A DNA stretch of 64,000 nucleotides from a virus. The DNA lies in IMG/VR virus record IMGVR_UViG_3300017950_000006, positions 25,994 through 89,993 of that record. One strand, 5' to 3'. Each line of letters starts with the position of its first letter. Within the stretch, counting starts at the first letter, position 1. The translations under genes were made by a program, and so were the position numbers. Below the pieces are notes generated by a model, which ran no database searches, had not been told where the DNA came from, and saw nothing but the letters and a program-made list of their open reading frames with translations. Shown one piece after another: positions 30,727 to 41,055 of this stretch.

Positions 30727-31824
30727 ATGGCTAGTAAAGCATTTGACGTTTCTAAGTTTCGTAAAAACTTAACTAAATCTATTTCAGGCATGAGTGCAGG
30801 ATTTAACGATCCTACTGATTGGATTAGTACAGGTAACTATGCACTCAACTTCCTTATCTCAGGAGACTTTAACAAAGGTGTTCCACTAGGTAAGGTAACT
30901 GTTTTTGCAGGAGAATCTGGTGCAGGTAAATCATATATCTGTGCAGGTAACATTGTAAAGGCGGCACAAGATCAAGGCATCTTTGTAGTTCTAATTGACT
31001 CAGAGAACGCACTTGATGAAACATGGCTACAGGCTCTTGAAGTTGACACAAGTGAAGAAAAACTTCTTAAACTTAATATGTCAATGATTGATGATGTAGC
31101 AAAAACAATTTCAACATTTATGGCAGACTATAAAGAAATGCCGGATGAAGAACGTCCTAAAGTATTATTTGTTATTGATAGTTTAGGTATGTTGCTAACA
31201 CCTACTGATGTTGATCAGTTTAACAAGGGTGATATGAAAGGTGATATGGGTCGTAAGCCTAAGGCATTGACTTCACTTGTTCGTAACACAGTTAATATGA
31301 TTGGCTCACACAATGTTGGCTTGGTATGTACTAACCATACATACGCATCGCAAGATATGTTCGATCCAGATGATAAGATTTCAGGTGGACAAGGATTTAT
31401 CTATGCATCTTCAATTGTTGTAGCAATGAAAAAACTAAAACTAAAAGAAGATGAAGATGGTAATAAAATTAGCGAAGTGCGTGGAATTAGAGCAGGTTGT
31501 AAAGTAATGAAAACACGTTACGCAAAACCGTTCGAAGGCGTACAAGTTAAAATTCCATACGAAACTGGTATGAATCCTTACAGTGGACTTGTTGATCTTT
31601 TTGAGAAAAAAGGTATGCTTGTTAAAGATGGTAACAGACTTAAATATGTTACTACTACAGGCGAAGAAGTTAAAGAATATCGTAAAGTTTGGGAAGCCGG
31701 CGGCACTTTATTAGATCAAGTCATGAATGACTTTAGTAACCGTGAGGAAGAACTAATTACAGATGAAGAGGTTCAAATCGAACCTGATGAAACTGTAGTA
31801 CAGGAACCAGTAACTGAGGAGTAA
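30727..31824 (+). CDS. uvsX: RecA-like recombinase
   Basis: AGESGAGKS, IDSENALD, VIDSLG, TNHTY and SGG.G..YASS motifs. Confidence 0.92.
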   Translation: MASKAFDVSKFRKNLTKSISGMSAGFNDPTDWISTGNYALNFLISGDFNKGVPLGKVTVFAGESGAGKSYICAGNIVKAAQDQGIFVVLIDSENALDETWLQALEVDTSEEKLLKLNMSMIDDVAKTISTFMADYKEMPDEERPKVLFVIDSLGMLLTPTDVDQFNKGDMKGDMGRKPKALTSLVRNTVNMIGSHNVGLVCTNHTYASQDMFDPDDKISGGQGFIYASSIVVAMKKLKLKEDEDGNKISEVRGIRAGCKVMKTRYAKPFEGVQVKIPYETGMNPYSGLVDLFEKKGMLVKDGNRLKYVTTTGEEVKEYRKVWEAGGTLLDQVMNDFSNREEELITDEEVQIEPDETVVQEPVTEE

Positions 31825-31832
31825 TTTGTTTT

Positions 31833-32060
31833 ATGGATAGTTCACAAGTTGTAGATATATGGAATCTTTTTAAAGAGCATACAGATAAGAAACATCTCGA
31901 AACACTTGCTGAAAGGTTTGTTGATCTTTTAGCAGATTATGGTGTTGGTGATGATGCGCTTAAAGATGCCATTGGTAACTGCGATTTCCTTGATTCAGCA
32001 ATTAACTATTATCTTGATATAGATGAAGAACTAGTTTCAGACGATGATGATTGGGATTAA
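31833..32060 (+). CDS. Small acidic hypothetical protein
   Basis: 75-aa ORF between uvsX and uvsY. Confidence 0.6.
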   Translation: MDSSQVVDIWNLFKEHTDKKHLETLAERFVDLLADYGVGDDALKDAIGNCDFLDSAINYYLDIDEELVSDDDDWD

Positions 32061-32062
32061 TA

Positions 32063-32515
32063 ATGTGGTATAGCAAAATATCAAAAGATATTAGCCATAT
32101 TCCAGATGCTATATCATACTTCGAAGCAGAACTTATTGAAGCAAAAAAAGAAATCCGAATTTATGGAAATCTAGAGAAGGCCGCGGCAGAAATGCCCGGC
32201 CTTGTCGAGCATCGTTTTAATCAATTACAAGAACTTGAAGCAATACTTGAGTATCTTAATATCGAACTTCGTAGACTTCGTAGTAGTTTTTTTAAAAAAT
32301 ATCTTGAAAACTATCAACGTGCATTAAGCAGTCGTGACGTTGAAAAATACGTTGACGGTGAGGCAGACGTTGTTGACTACGAAAAGATTATTAACGAGTT
32401 TGCTCTTATGCGTAATAAATGGTTAGGAATCTCGAAAGGACTTGATCAGAAGCAATGGCAGATTACAAACATTACTAAGTTACGTGTAGCGGGCATGGAA
32501 GATGCATCAATTTAA
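32063..32515 (+). CDS. uvsY: Recombination mediator, UvsY-like
   Basis: Helical protein with DVEKYVDGEADV motif, downstream of uvsX. Confidence 0.7.
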   Translation: MWYSKISKDISHIPDAISYFEAELIEAKKEIRIYGNLEKAAAEMPGLVEHRFNQLQELEAILEYLNIELRRLRSSFFKKYLENYQRALSSRDVEKYVDGEADVVDYEKIINEFALMRNKWLGISKGLDQKQWQITNITKLRVAGMEDASI

Positions 32516-33050
32516 CAATGAACTAGATACCCTTATGTCCAAAGTTAAAAAAGGACAAATGGAAAGATCCGAATATGCTTACATTGCCGAAAGACTTGGA
32601 AATAAAAATTTATTAATATTTGGTACCGGACATGATTCTCAATTTTGGAGACACGCTAATACCGGTACTACAATTTTTCTAGAACATGATCCGGAATGGG
32701 TACTAGAAAAAACTAAAGATGTATTCTTAATTGAATATACATCAAACATAAAAGATTATCAAAAACTATTAGACGAATACAATTCTAATAACTTTTCTAA
32801 CTTAGAAATTACCTTACCTTCTGTTGTTTATGAGCACGAATGGGACGTAATATTTGTTGACGGACCTCCAGGAAATAAAAAGAAAAGTATCGGACGTATG
32901 CAAAGTATCTATATGGCTAATAAATTAGCAAATAAGAATACTGATATATTTGTACATGATTGTAATCGTATTGTCGAAGACGTTTATACTAAGGCATTCT
33001 TTAACATACAAGAAGAATTAGTTAAACTTAGACACTGTAGGAAAAAATAA
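32502..33050 (+). CDS. DUF579-like (glucuronoxylan/arabinogalactan O-methyltransferase-type) protein
   Basis: NLLIFGTGHDS..W...N..T.FLE...W; WDVIFVDGP.G; GRMQSIY.A; DIFVHD..R.VED. Confidence 0.7.
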   Translation: MHQFNNELDTLMSKVKKGQMERSEYAYIAERLGNKNLLIFGTGHDSQFWRHANTGTTIFLEHDPEWVLEKTKDVFLIEYTSNIKDYQKLLDEYNSNNFSNLEITLPSVVYEHEWDVIFVDGPPGNKKKSIGRMQSIYMANKLANKNTDIFVHDCNRIVEDVYTKAFFNIQEELVKLRHCRKK

Positions 33051-33790
33051 TGAATCGTATAATTTCTTTTGATCCTCGAGATCTAACATTTATTACAACT
33101 GCTAATAACTTATATGTTAATTTCGTAGAACCGTTTATATACTTTTGTAAAACTAGTAATCCTGGTTGTAAGATTGAAATTTGGGTTGATGACTTAAATG
33201 CAGTATCAAAAATAAATGATCCAGATGTTAGAATTCATCAATTACCAAACACTTATCATGTTGCAACATATAGATACATTTTAACACCAACTTGGGAAAC
33301 TAAGTATTACTATATTACTGATGTAGATATAATGCATACTGAATTTGTTCAACCATTTCATTTAATGCTTATGCAAGAATCTGGGTTGCCATTTAGTAAT
33401 ATTATACGCAACAAAAAAGGTCAACATAATCGTATGAGTGGTTTACATTTTGTAAAATCTCAATGGTACGAAGATACAAAAAATATAAGACCGCGAATTG
33501 AACCTAAAGGACAAGACGAAGAAATGTTATATCAGATTGCAAATAGCATTTATGATTTAGGAAAAGTTACTAAAGGTTTATCTAATAGACCTGTACAAGG
33601 AATTCATTGTTCGGTAGGACGTAATCCTAGAGATAAACAATCGTGGGAACTTACATCACAACGATCGGCTTATTTTGTTGATGCAATTTTAAAACATGGA
33701 ACATTTAATCCATGGTTTGAAGAAAAAGTATGTAGGCCAATAATAGGCGAAGATACATTTGATAAAATGAGAAAACGTAGACGGATATGA
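33050..33790 (+). CDS. Putative GT-A glycosyltransferase
   Basis: YITDVDI DxD motif; R.SGLHF and DE..LY. Confidence 0.5.
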   Translation: MNRIISFDPRDLTFITTANNLYVNFVEPFIYFCKTSNPGCKIEIWVDDLNAVSKINDPDVRIHQLPNTYHVATYRYILTPTWETKYYYITDVDIMHTEFVQPFHLMLMQESGLPFSNIIRNKKGQHNRMSGLHFVKSQWYEDTKNIRPRIEPKGQDEEMLYQIANSIYDLGKVTKGLSNRPVQGIHCSVGRNPRDKQSWELTSQRSAYFVDAILKHGTFNPWFEEKVCRPIIGEDTFDKMRKRRRI

Positions 33791-34398
33791 AGTTCAACAT
33801 TGTAGTTGCTAGTGACATTAATTTAAAACGGTTTATTAATCCTTGCATTGACAGTATTAAGAAAATAGGATATGATCCAATGGTGTATGATCTTGGCGGA
33901 CTAGGATATGGTAAGCCTTTTGAAAGTACAACTAGCGATAAAGCACTTCAGAAATTTCCTAAAAAGCCATTTGTTATTAAAGATGCATTACAACGTATTC
34001 CAAAAGATAGTTGGCTTGCATGGATTGATATTGATTGCATTATGCAACACCCTATAGACGATGCTATTGGGGAGTATGACGTAGGAGTAACCTTTAGAAA
34101 AAATCATTTAAACTCTGGTGTAAATTTTTGGAAACACAACAGTAGAGCATTACACTTTCTAGATGTTTGGAGTAAAGAAGCATTACTAGTAGGTGGTGAT
34201 CAAAACGGTCTTAATAGGATATGTAAAATTACATCTGGTTCAAGTGTTAACACTATACTTGATATTGAAGGTGCTAAAGTAAAAGTTTTTGATTCAAGAG
34301 TTTATAATAATTTCTTTTTCAAGAAAGATCAAAGTAACGCAAGAATACTACATTACAAAAGTAAGTTTAGAAATAGGTTTCCCTTTGATGAAGTATGA
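33787..34398 (+). CDS. Putative nucleotide-diphospho-sugar transferase (GT-A)
   Basis: KP..I, WIDID, NSGV, GDQ..LN, YN and ILHYK motifs. Confidence 0.65.
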   Translation: MKFNIVVASDINLKRFINPCIDSIKKIGYDPMVYDLGGLGYGKPFESTTSDKALQKFPKKPFVIKDALQRIPKDSWLAWIDIDCIMQHPIDDAIGEYDVGVTFRKNHLNSGVNFWKHNSRALHFLDVWSKEALLVGGDQNGLNRICKITSGSSVNTILDIEGAKVKVFDSRVYNNFFFKKDQSNARILHYKSKFRNRFPFDEV

Positions 34399-34972
34399 TT
34401 TTATAGAAATAGGAACTAGTAATTTTCATACATTGATTGAAAATGCTAATAATGAAATTGGTATTTCGATCGAACCTATGAAAAAATATCTAGATCAGTT
34501 GCCAACTCCAAGTAATGTTATTAAGTTAAATTGTGCAATTAGTTTTGACGGTAGTAATAATTTGATTGATTTTTACTATATTGATCCTGATACTATTAAG
34601 CACCTCAACTTAAAACCTTTTATGAAAGGGTGTAACTCAATAGGAAACTATCATCCTATGCACATAAAATATAATGTACAAGAACACGTAACTATAGACA
34701 AGGTAGAACAACGTTCTTTAAAATCTGTTCTTGAAGAATATAATGTTACCGAATTAGATTACTTAAAAATTGATACAGAAGGTGGCGACTGTAAAATCAT
34801 GCAACAACTATATAACATTAAATTCAAACCAAAAAAAATTAAGTTTGAAACAAACAGTCTAGCAAACCCAGATGATGTTGCACATATACTAGATATATTT
34901 TCTAAAATTGGCTATGATATTAGTTGGGATAATAAAGCCAAACGAGACACTATCTTAACATTGCATAGTTAA
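34388..34972 (+). CDS. FkbM-family methyltransferase
   Basis: FIEIG, IEP, N.AI, LKIDTEG.D and I.FE motifs. Confidence 0.75.
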   Translation: MKYDFIEIGTSNFHTLIENANNEIGISIEPMKKYLDQLPTPSNVIKLNCAISFDGSNNLIDFYYIDPDTIKHLNLKPFMKGCNSIGNYHPMHIKYNVQEHVTIDKVEQRSLKSVLEEYNVTELDYLKIDTEGGDCKIMQQLYNIKFKPKKIKFETNSLANPDDVAHILDIFSKIGYDISWDNKAKRDTILTLHS

Positions 34973-34981
34973 ATATTGCTG

Positions 34982-35728
34982 ATGAAACAGCAACTGATTA
35001 ACCATATATTAGATAAATTCCCTGAAACATACGAACTGCAAAAGCAGTATAGAAGTCATCCTGACTACAGTTTATTAACATTAGAAAACTTTATTCCTCA
35101 AGATTTAGTTACACTAATGGCTAAAGAACTTGACGATATTCCATTAGAAGACTGTAAGCATTTTACAAGAGCAGGATCGTGTATGTATGAATTTAACAAT
35201 GTAGATCGTACACCTGTACAAGACGCTGTTGTACACGCACTACACAGTGGTACATTTATTAAATGGTTACAAGAAGTTACAGACACAGTTGATTTAATTC
35301 CTGATCCGCATCTCATTGGTGCAGGATATATGAAATCATTTACTGGCGATAGTTTAAAAGTTCACTCAGATTTTAACTGGAATGAACAACTTAGACTGCA
35401 TCGTATGTTAAGTGTAGTAATATATCTCAATGATGAATGGCAAGATGATTGGGGAGGACAGTTGCAGTTTTATGATACAAAAAGACAAAAGGTACATACT
35501 AAAGTACCAGTAGGACCAGGCAACTGTGTAATATGGAACTACAATAATTTTGCATTCCATGGTTACCCAGAACCAATGACTTGTCCCGAAGGTGTAAGCA
35601 GAAAGGGTATTAGGTTTTTCTATTACGTCAGTAATGCCAAGCATGATGACAAACATCCACCACATCGTAGTTTATATTGGTATGATGAAAAAACAGGAAC
35701 GCCATACGATCAGCCATGGAACAAATAA
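34982..35728 (+). CDS. 2OG-Fe(II) oxygenase (prolyl-hydroxylase-like)
   Basis: HSD, IYLN..W...WGG.L, FHG and R motifs; TAAATA at 34970-34975. Confidence 0.85.
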   Translation: MKQQLINHILDKFPETYELQKQYRSHPDYSLLTLENFIPQDLVTLMAKELDDIPLEDCKHFTRAGSCMYEFNNVDRTPVQDAVVHALHSGTFIKWLQEVTDTVDLIPDPHLIGAGYMKSFTGDSLKVHSDFNWNEQLRLHRMLSVVIYLNDEWQDDWGGQLQFYDTKRQKVHTKVPVGPGNCVIWNYNNFAFHGYPEPMTCPEGVSRKGIRFFYYVSNAKHDDKHPPHRSLYWYDEKTGTPYDQPWNK

Positions 35729-36234
35729 ACATTACATTACCTGAATTAAATTATATACGTTTGCCATATAGAGCAATGGATAACGTTTCAGTTCAGGGTA
35801 GAGCAACTGCATTTGAAAGTCAAAACAAACGATATCATCTTGCTGGATTTACAAAAGAAAACACAAAGTATGAACAATGTTTTCCTGTAACAGATGATTA
35901 CGTACAGTTTGGTGCTACACTTTTTGATAGATGCACGGTAGCAGTAATGAAGCAGATGCCTGGACAAACACTACCAAGTCACGTAGACACATTTTACAAA
36001 ATTTCAAACGATTACGGTGTAGACCCGAAAGACTGTATTCGTGTAAACATCTTCCTTGAAGATTGGAAATCGGGTCATTATTTTGAAATAAATGAAAATC
36101 CGGTCTTGCAATGGAAGCGTGGTGATGCTATAATAATAGAAAAAGATGAACCGCATTTGAGTGCTAACAATGGTATGGTGCCTAAGTACACTATGCAAGT
36201 AACTGGAGTAAAAAATGAATTTAAGGGGTGCTAA
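35716..36234 (+). CDS. Cupin/Asp-hydroxylase-like dioxygenase
   Basis: PG..LPSHVD, W..GD and H..AN.G motifs. Confidence 0.6.
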   Translation: MEQINITLPELNYIRLPYRAMDNVSVQGRATAFESQNKRYHLAGFTKENTKYEQCFPVTDDYVQFGATLFDRCTVAVMKQMPGQTLPSHVDTFYKISNDYGVDPKDCIRVNIFLEDWKSGHYFEINENPVLQWKRGDAIIIEKDEPHLSANNGMVPKYTMQVTGVKNEFKGC

Positions 36235-37087
36235 ACCTGTACCTGATAATAAGGTAAAACAGTTTATTGAAAGTTTAAATCCTGTAAAAGATTTATACAA
36301 TCCAAAACTTCCACAAGAATTTAAGTACGAATTTGTAGATTGGATTTTATCAAGCGAATTTAATTTTATTAAAGGTATTGAAGAGTTTCCAGACATTACA
36401 CTATGTAACGGAACTGTGCAAGCATTTGATCATTTCCATTATAGGCACAAAGAAAAACGTTTTAGATTTTTTAAAGGCGAGTTTATGTATCATCAGGCTT
36501 GTCTAAAAAACGGAAGTCAATTTGAATGGATTAATGATAAACCATTAATGGAAGGTGACGCACTTATACTAAGTGTCCCTTTCAGTGATAGAGGTATTCA
36601 ACACCCTGCAACAGATATGTTGTTGTTAAATGCAGAACAGTTTAATATTCCTGTACTACTTGATTTTGCTTATTATCCTTGTACAAAAAATATTAATTTA
36701 AATCTTAGCAACTACCCAGCAGTAGAAACGATTACATTTAGTATTAGTAAAGCATTCTACGGTGCAGAGTTTTTAAGAGTAGGTGTTCGTCTTGAACGTG
36801 CAAACACAGACGACGGCATTGATGTATTCAATTCTGTTGATATGCACAATAGGATAGATTTAAGTATAGCAAGTAGTTTAATTAAAACCTTTCCGGTTGA
36901 TTGGAACTGGAAAACATACACTGATGTATACAATCAAGTTTGTGAAGAAAAGAATCTTCAACTAACAGATTGTATTATGTTTGGTCTTGGCGGAGATGAG
37001 TACAAAGAGTATAATCGAGGCGGAGAAGTCAATCGTGTTTGCATTAGTGATTTAATAGGAGAGAAAGTAAATGACAATAGTAAGTAG
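36215..37087 (+). CDS. PLP-dependent (fold type I) aminotransferase/decarboxylase-like protein
   Basis: NGT..AF, LDFAY, FSISK (PLP lysine) and RVG motifs. Confidence 0.6.
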   Translation: MNLRGAKPVPDNKVKQFIESLNPVKDLYNPKLPQEFKYEFVDWILSSEFNFIKGIEEFPDITLCNGTVQAFDHFHYRHKEKRFRFFKGEFMYHQACLKNGSQFEWINDKPLMEGDALILSVPFSDRGIQHPATDMLLLNAEQFNIPVLLDFAYYPCTKNINLNLSNYPAVETITFSISKAFYGAEFLRVGVRLERANTDDGIDVFNSVDMHNRIDLSIASSLIKTFPVDWNWKTYTDVYNQVCEEKNLQLTDCIMFGLGGDEYKEYNRGGEVNRVCISDLIGEKVNDNSK

Positions 37088-38132
37088 TCATAATGATTGG
37101 GATCCGTTAGAGGAAGTATTTGTAGGTATTGCAGATCATGCACGTATTCCTACAGTGGATAAATCAACACACAGTTTCGGATTTGCTGATTGTAAATGGG
37201 AACACATTAAGGATCTTGAAGGACCTAGTCCAGAATGGGTAATTAATGAAGCAAACGAGGATTTAGACAATTTTGCAAAAGTATTATCTGATTTAGGTGT
37301 TAAAGTAAGACGCCCCGAATCAATTGACCATTCAAAGGAGTTTGGCTCTCCTGACTGGAAAACAACAGGGTGGTACACGTATTGTCCGCGTGATTTATTG
37401 TTGCCTTTAGATAATCTTATTATTGATTGTCCCGGCGCAATGAGAGCAAGGCAGTACGAAACAACTGCGTACAGAGAATTTTTGTATGAAGCAATGCAAG
37501 GCGGTAGTGAATGGATTAGTGCACCACGTCCAAGACTACTTGATGAAAGTTATCAGTTAGAGGATTTAAGTATTCCAACACTTGTAAACAAAGAGATTGT
37601 TTTTGACGCACCTAACATTGTACGCCTTGGTAAAGATTTATTGTATCAAGTAAGCAACAGTGGAACTAAATTAGGTTACGAATGGCTTAAAACTATTGTT
37701 GAACCAAGAGGTTATAAGTTGCATCTTGCTGAAGGCTTTTATAGTTATTCACACTTTGACTCAACTGTTATTCCTTTACGTCCGGGATTAGTATTGTTTA
37801 ATGGTGATAGAATTAGACCAGACTTTTATCCTAAAATCTTTGAGTCATGGGACAAAATTTATTTCCCAGGTGATAAAGTAATCGACATTGGTACAAACTT
37901 ACCAAATGGTGTATCACCTTGTAGTAAGTATATCGGTTTGAACTTTATGAGTGTAAATGAAAACTTGGTAATCTGTGATGAGAATCAAGAAGAACTACGT
38001 AAAGAGTTAGACAAACACGGTATTGAAACTATCGGATTGCCTATGCGTCAAGCACGTACACTAAGTGGCGGCTTCCATTGTGTTACTTTAGATACTAAAC
38101 GTAAAGGCACATTGGAAAGTTACTTTGACTAA
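37071..38132 (+). CDS. Amidinotransferase (glycine or inosamine-phosphate/StrB1 type)
   Basis: SHNDWDPLEEVFVG, CPRD, FDA, HFDST..PLRPG and GGFHCVTLD (catalytic Cys). Confidence 0.9.
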   Translation: MTIVSSHNDWDPLEEVFVGIADHARIPTVDKSTHSFGFADCKWEHIKDLEGPSPEWVINEANEDLDNFAKVLSDLGVKVRRPESIDHSKEFGSPDWKTTGWYTYCPRDLLLPLDNLIIDCPGAMRARQYETTAYREFLYEAMQGGSEWISAPRPRLLDESYQLEDLSIPTLVNKEIVFDAPNIVRLGKDLLYQVSNSGTKLGYEWLKTIVEPRGYKLHLAEGFYSYSHFDSTVIPLRPGLVLFNGDRIRPDFYPKIFESWDKIYFPGDKVIDIGTNLPNGVSPCSKYIGLNFMSVNENLVICDENQEELRKELDKHGIETIGLPMRQARTLSGGFHCVTLDTKRKGTLESYFD

Positions 38133-38988
38133 ACGCGGACACCATATACCCAATCTTGAATATATGATCACAACCAGTTGCGATCTGGCTTGTCCAGGTT
38201 GTGACCGGTTTATTGATCACGGACATCCGTTTGTAGAGTCGTATGAAGACATAGTTGCTAATATGGAAAAATGGTTCTGTCGATTAGATCCAGACCACAT
38301 AACTATTATTGGTGGCGAACCTCTTCTTCATCCACGGATTTATGATATCCTAAAAGAAGCAAGAAGGATATTTGATCATGCAACTATTGAAGTATACACA
38401 AATGGATTTTTATTACCTAAAAGGCCCGATATACTTAAGGTATTAAAAAAAATTGGTCGTGCAAAAATTAGTTGTAGTATACACAATAAAAATCCAGAAG
38501 TAAGAAAATTAATTGAAAAAAATTTATGGGATTCGTTTTATAGTAAAGGACAATGGTCAATAGTAAGTCCTATTGCTCATAAACAAGACGGAGTAACTGT
38601 TGAAGTAACTGATCCTACCGAAGGTGGTTGGTATGATTATCGACGCAATGTAAATGGCAAACTTAAACCTTGGAACGATCAACAGCCTTCTAAGAGTTAC
38701 AGCAAGTGTGGTGTTTCTACATATCCTATTATCTATAAAGGTAAGTTATACAAGTGCCCACCTATTAGTATGTTAAAGACACACCTTGAAAAATTTGATA
38801 TGTTAGACGATCCTGATTGGAAACCATATTTAAACTACAAAGGATTAGATGTAGAGTGTGATGACGAGGTATTAGAAGCATTTGTAAAAAATATCTTCCA
38901 TCCACATCAAATTTGTTCTATGTGTCCTGCTAATCCAGAACTAAAACCGCAGGAAGAAGCAGTAATTAAAAACGTGAAAATACTATGA
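38125..38988 (+). CDS. Radical SAM protein
   Basis: CDLACPGC, GGEPLLHP, TNG; C-terminal Cys residues (YKCP, CSMC). Confidence 0.85.
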   Translation: MTKRGHHIPNLEYMITTSCDLACPGCDRFIDHGHPFVESYEDIVANMEKWFCRLDPDHITIIGGEPLLHPRIYDILKEARRIFDHATIEVYTNGFLLPKRPDILKVLKKIGRAKISCSIHNKNPEVRKLIEKNLWDSFYSKGQWSIVSPIAHKQDGVTVEVTDPTEGGWYDYRRNVNGKLKPWNDQQPSKSYSKCGVSTYPIIYKGKLYKCPPISMLKTHLEKFDMLDDPDWKPYLNYKGLDVECDDEVLEAFVKNIFHPHQICSMCPANPELKPQEEAVIKNVKIL

Positions 38989-40139
38989 AAACAGTTCCTT
39001 TAATAACAATGGACAATAGTTCCAGAAGCCTTGGAACTGTTATTGAAAACTTCAAAGGCATTCTTAACTTTGAAGGTTATAATAATAAGATACTAGAGGA
39101 TATTGAACATCTTGTAGTATTTTTTGAATATGTTGGAGACAATGATCATACATTTAAAACATTTACTAACTTTTTTGAAACATATAAAATTCCGACCTTT
39201 CTTGTTATCGATGACTCATACGAAGGACTTACAGACTCTACATTTCTTACGTTGGTAGAAGAGACTGTTAAAAAGAATCCTTATATTAAAGATTGGGTTA
39301 TTTTAACTAATAACAAAAAGTTAAAGAGTCCGAACAAAATATATTTTAATGTACAATTACATTTAGACCGATATGACGGCATTGACATTAATAAACATAT
39401 TGACACAGACTGGAACGGTAATAGTAATTTACGTAAGAAAAAGTTTTTATGCTTAAACAGACAAGAACGATTGCATAGGTTAATAACAACAGACTTCTTG
39501 TTAAAAAATGATATTGCTAAACATACATATCTTAGTTGTCCATTAGGTAATTACAAATACGTCCTTGATGGAGAATTTGATCAACCTGAATATAAAAAAT
39601 ATTTAGATAAATCATTACAAGGCACAACCCTAAGTCAAGAGTCAATTAACCGTCTTAAAGAAAACTTACCTATTAGTTTAGACTTAGATGAAACAACATA
39701 TAAATCTATGTCTAGAAATCTGCCAGACGGTAGTCAATACTATGCTGAAAGTTATTTTAGTATTATTACAGAAGGTGACTACGATGACGACAATAGAGAA
39801 GCATTTACAGAGAAAGTATTAAAATGTTTCTTGTTCAAGCATCCGTTTATTGTTATTGGATTGCGTAACACACTACAGCAATTACGCGACTTAGGATTCA
39901 TAACTTTTAATGATGTTATTGACGAAAGATATGATGCGATGTCATTTGCTAGGCATCGGTTTGAATTAGCAACAGCAGAAATTAAGAAACTAAACAGTTA
40001 TAATATTCACGAATTAAGAGACTTATATAATGAGTTACAACCTATTCTTAATTATAACAGAGAACACTATCTACGATTGTTTAATCAAAAACAACCAGTA
40101 GAGTTAATACATAGAATTAAGAAGTTCGTAAATGATTAA
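38985..40139 (+). CDS. Hypothetical protein, possibly glycosyltransferase-like (GT-B)
   Basis: KFLCLNR...HR, YFSIITE, FTEK..K, HPFI..G, L..LGF.TF and YD motifs. Confidence 0.5.
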   Translation: MKTVPLITMDNSSRSLGTVIENFKGILNFEGYNNKILEDIEHLVVFFEYVGDNDHTFKTFTNFFETYKIPTFLVIDDSYEGLTDSTFLTLVEETVKKNPYIKDWVILTNNKKLKSPNKIYFNVQLHLDRYDGIDINKHIDTDWNGNSNLRKKKFLCLNRQERLHRLITTDFLLKNDIAKHTYLSCPLGNYKYVLDGEFDQPEYKKYLDKSLQGTTLSQESINRLKENLPISLDLDETTYKSMSRNLPDGSQYYAESYFSIITEGDYDDDNREAFTEKVLKCFLFKHPFIVIGLRNTLQQLRDLGFITFNDVIDERYDAMSFARHRFELATAEIKKLNSYNIHELRDLYNELQPILNYNREHYLRLFNQKQPVELIHRIKKFVND

Positions 40140-41055
40140 TAATAAATTCTTTGTTAGGCACATTACACTGCTTTGCTACATCAATTAATTGTTTCTGTTC
40201 TTCCTTGTCAAGCAGTGCTATATCAAGATGTAAAGGATATGTTAATACGTTTATATACCAACGTACATCTTGAAAACGTCTGCAAAAGTCATTTAGTTTT
40301 TCTAAACCCATATAATTGTTTTTGTGTAACACAGTATTAAATTCTAAATTAAAACTTTTGTCGTAAACCCAGTCAATAAACTTAACCACGTCGGCCCACT
40401 TAGTACCGCCTCTAACTTTTTCTGCAAGTTCTCCAGTGCCGTCGATGCTTAGAATAAATGTAACATCTTTGTATTGATTTAGTTCCTTAACTATATCGTC
40501 ATTAGGAATAAATGTTCCATTCGTATTGTATATTACCGTTACTTTACTTTTGTGTTTAATTTGATATAACAATCGCAGATGTCTATCTGTAATTAATGGC
40601 TCACCGCCTAAAAATAAAATCTTTTCAATTGTATCAGGAACGTTGGTTACTGCATCAATCTCCATCAACTTGTGTTTTGGTGCTCCATAAATGTTTTTTT
40701 CTTTTACAATCCAACTTGTACTAAACTCTGAATTACATCCGTCGCAAGTTAGGTTGCACAAGTTATCAAACCCAATTTCTAAAAATTTAAGTTCAACGGA
40801 ATTAGTATCATATTTTTCATTAAATTCTTGGCGTAGACTTTTGTGTTGTATTGATTCTTCATAATAACATTTTTCACAACCTGGTATACGTTCGCCTGAC
40901 TCGCTTTGTTGTCGAAGTTCCTTGTATGCATCAGAGTGCAATATGTTGTCTACATTTCCATCAAACGTATCAATAGAATGTTTAAATCGGCAACAAGGAT
41001 AGACTCTATTGCCACTACGTATATTAGTGTGTTTCCAAAATGCACTACACTTCAT
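40117..41055 (-). CDS. Radical SAM protein with N-terminal SPASM/twitch-like Cys cluster
   Basis: C...YPCC...CEKC followed by CNLTCDGC, GGEP and TNG. Confidence 0.85.
   Translation of the reverse strand: MKCSAFWKHTNIRSGNRVYPCCRFKHSIDTFDGNVDNILHSDAYKELRQQSESGERIPGCEKCYYEESIQHKSLRQEFNEKYDTNSVELKFLEIGFDNLCNLTCDGCNSEFSTSWIVKEKNIYGAPKHKLMEIDAVTNVPDTIEKILFLGGEPLITDRHLRLLYQIKHKSKVTVIYNTNGTFIPNDDIVKELNQYKDVTFILSIDGTGELAEKVRGGTKWADVVKFIDWVYDKSFNLEFNTVLHKNNYMGLEKLNDFCRRFQDVRWYINVLTYPLHLDIALLDKEEQKQLIDVAKQCNVPNKEFIINHLRTS

Noticed and set aside
34289-34387. Extended N-termini given by the ORF track (34289, 44735, 45715, 10095, 54237, 62684)
   Set aside because: These overlap upstream genes or promoters extensively; downstream ATGs fit coupling or promoter spacing better.
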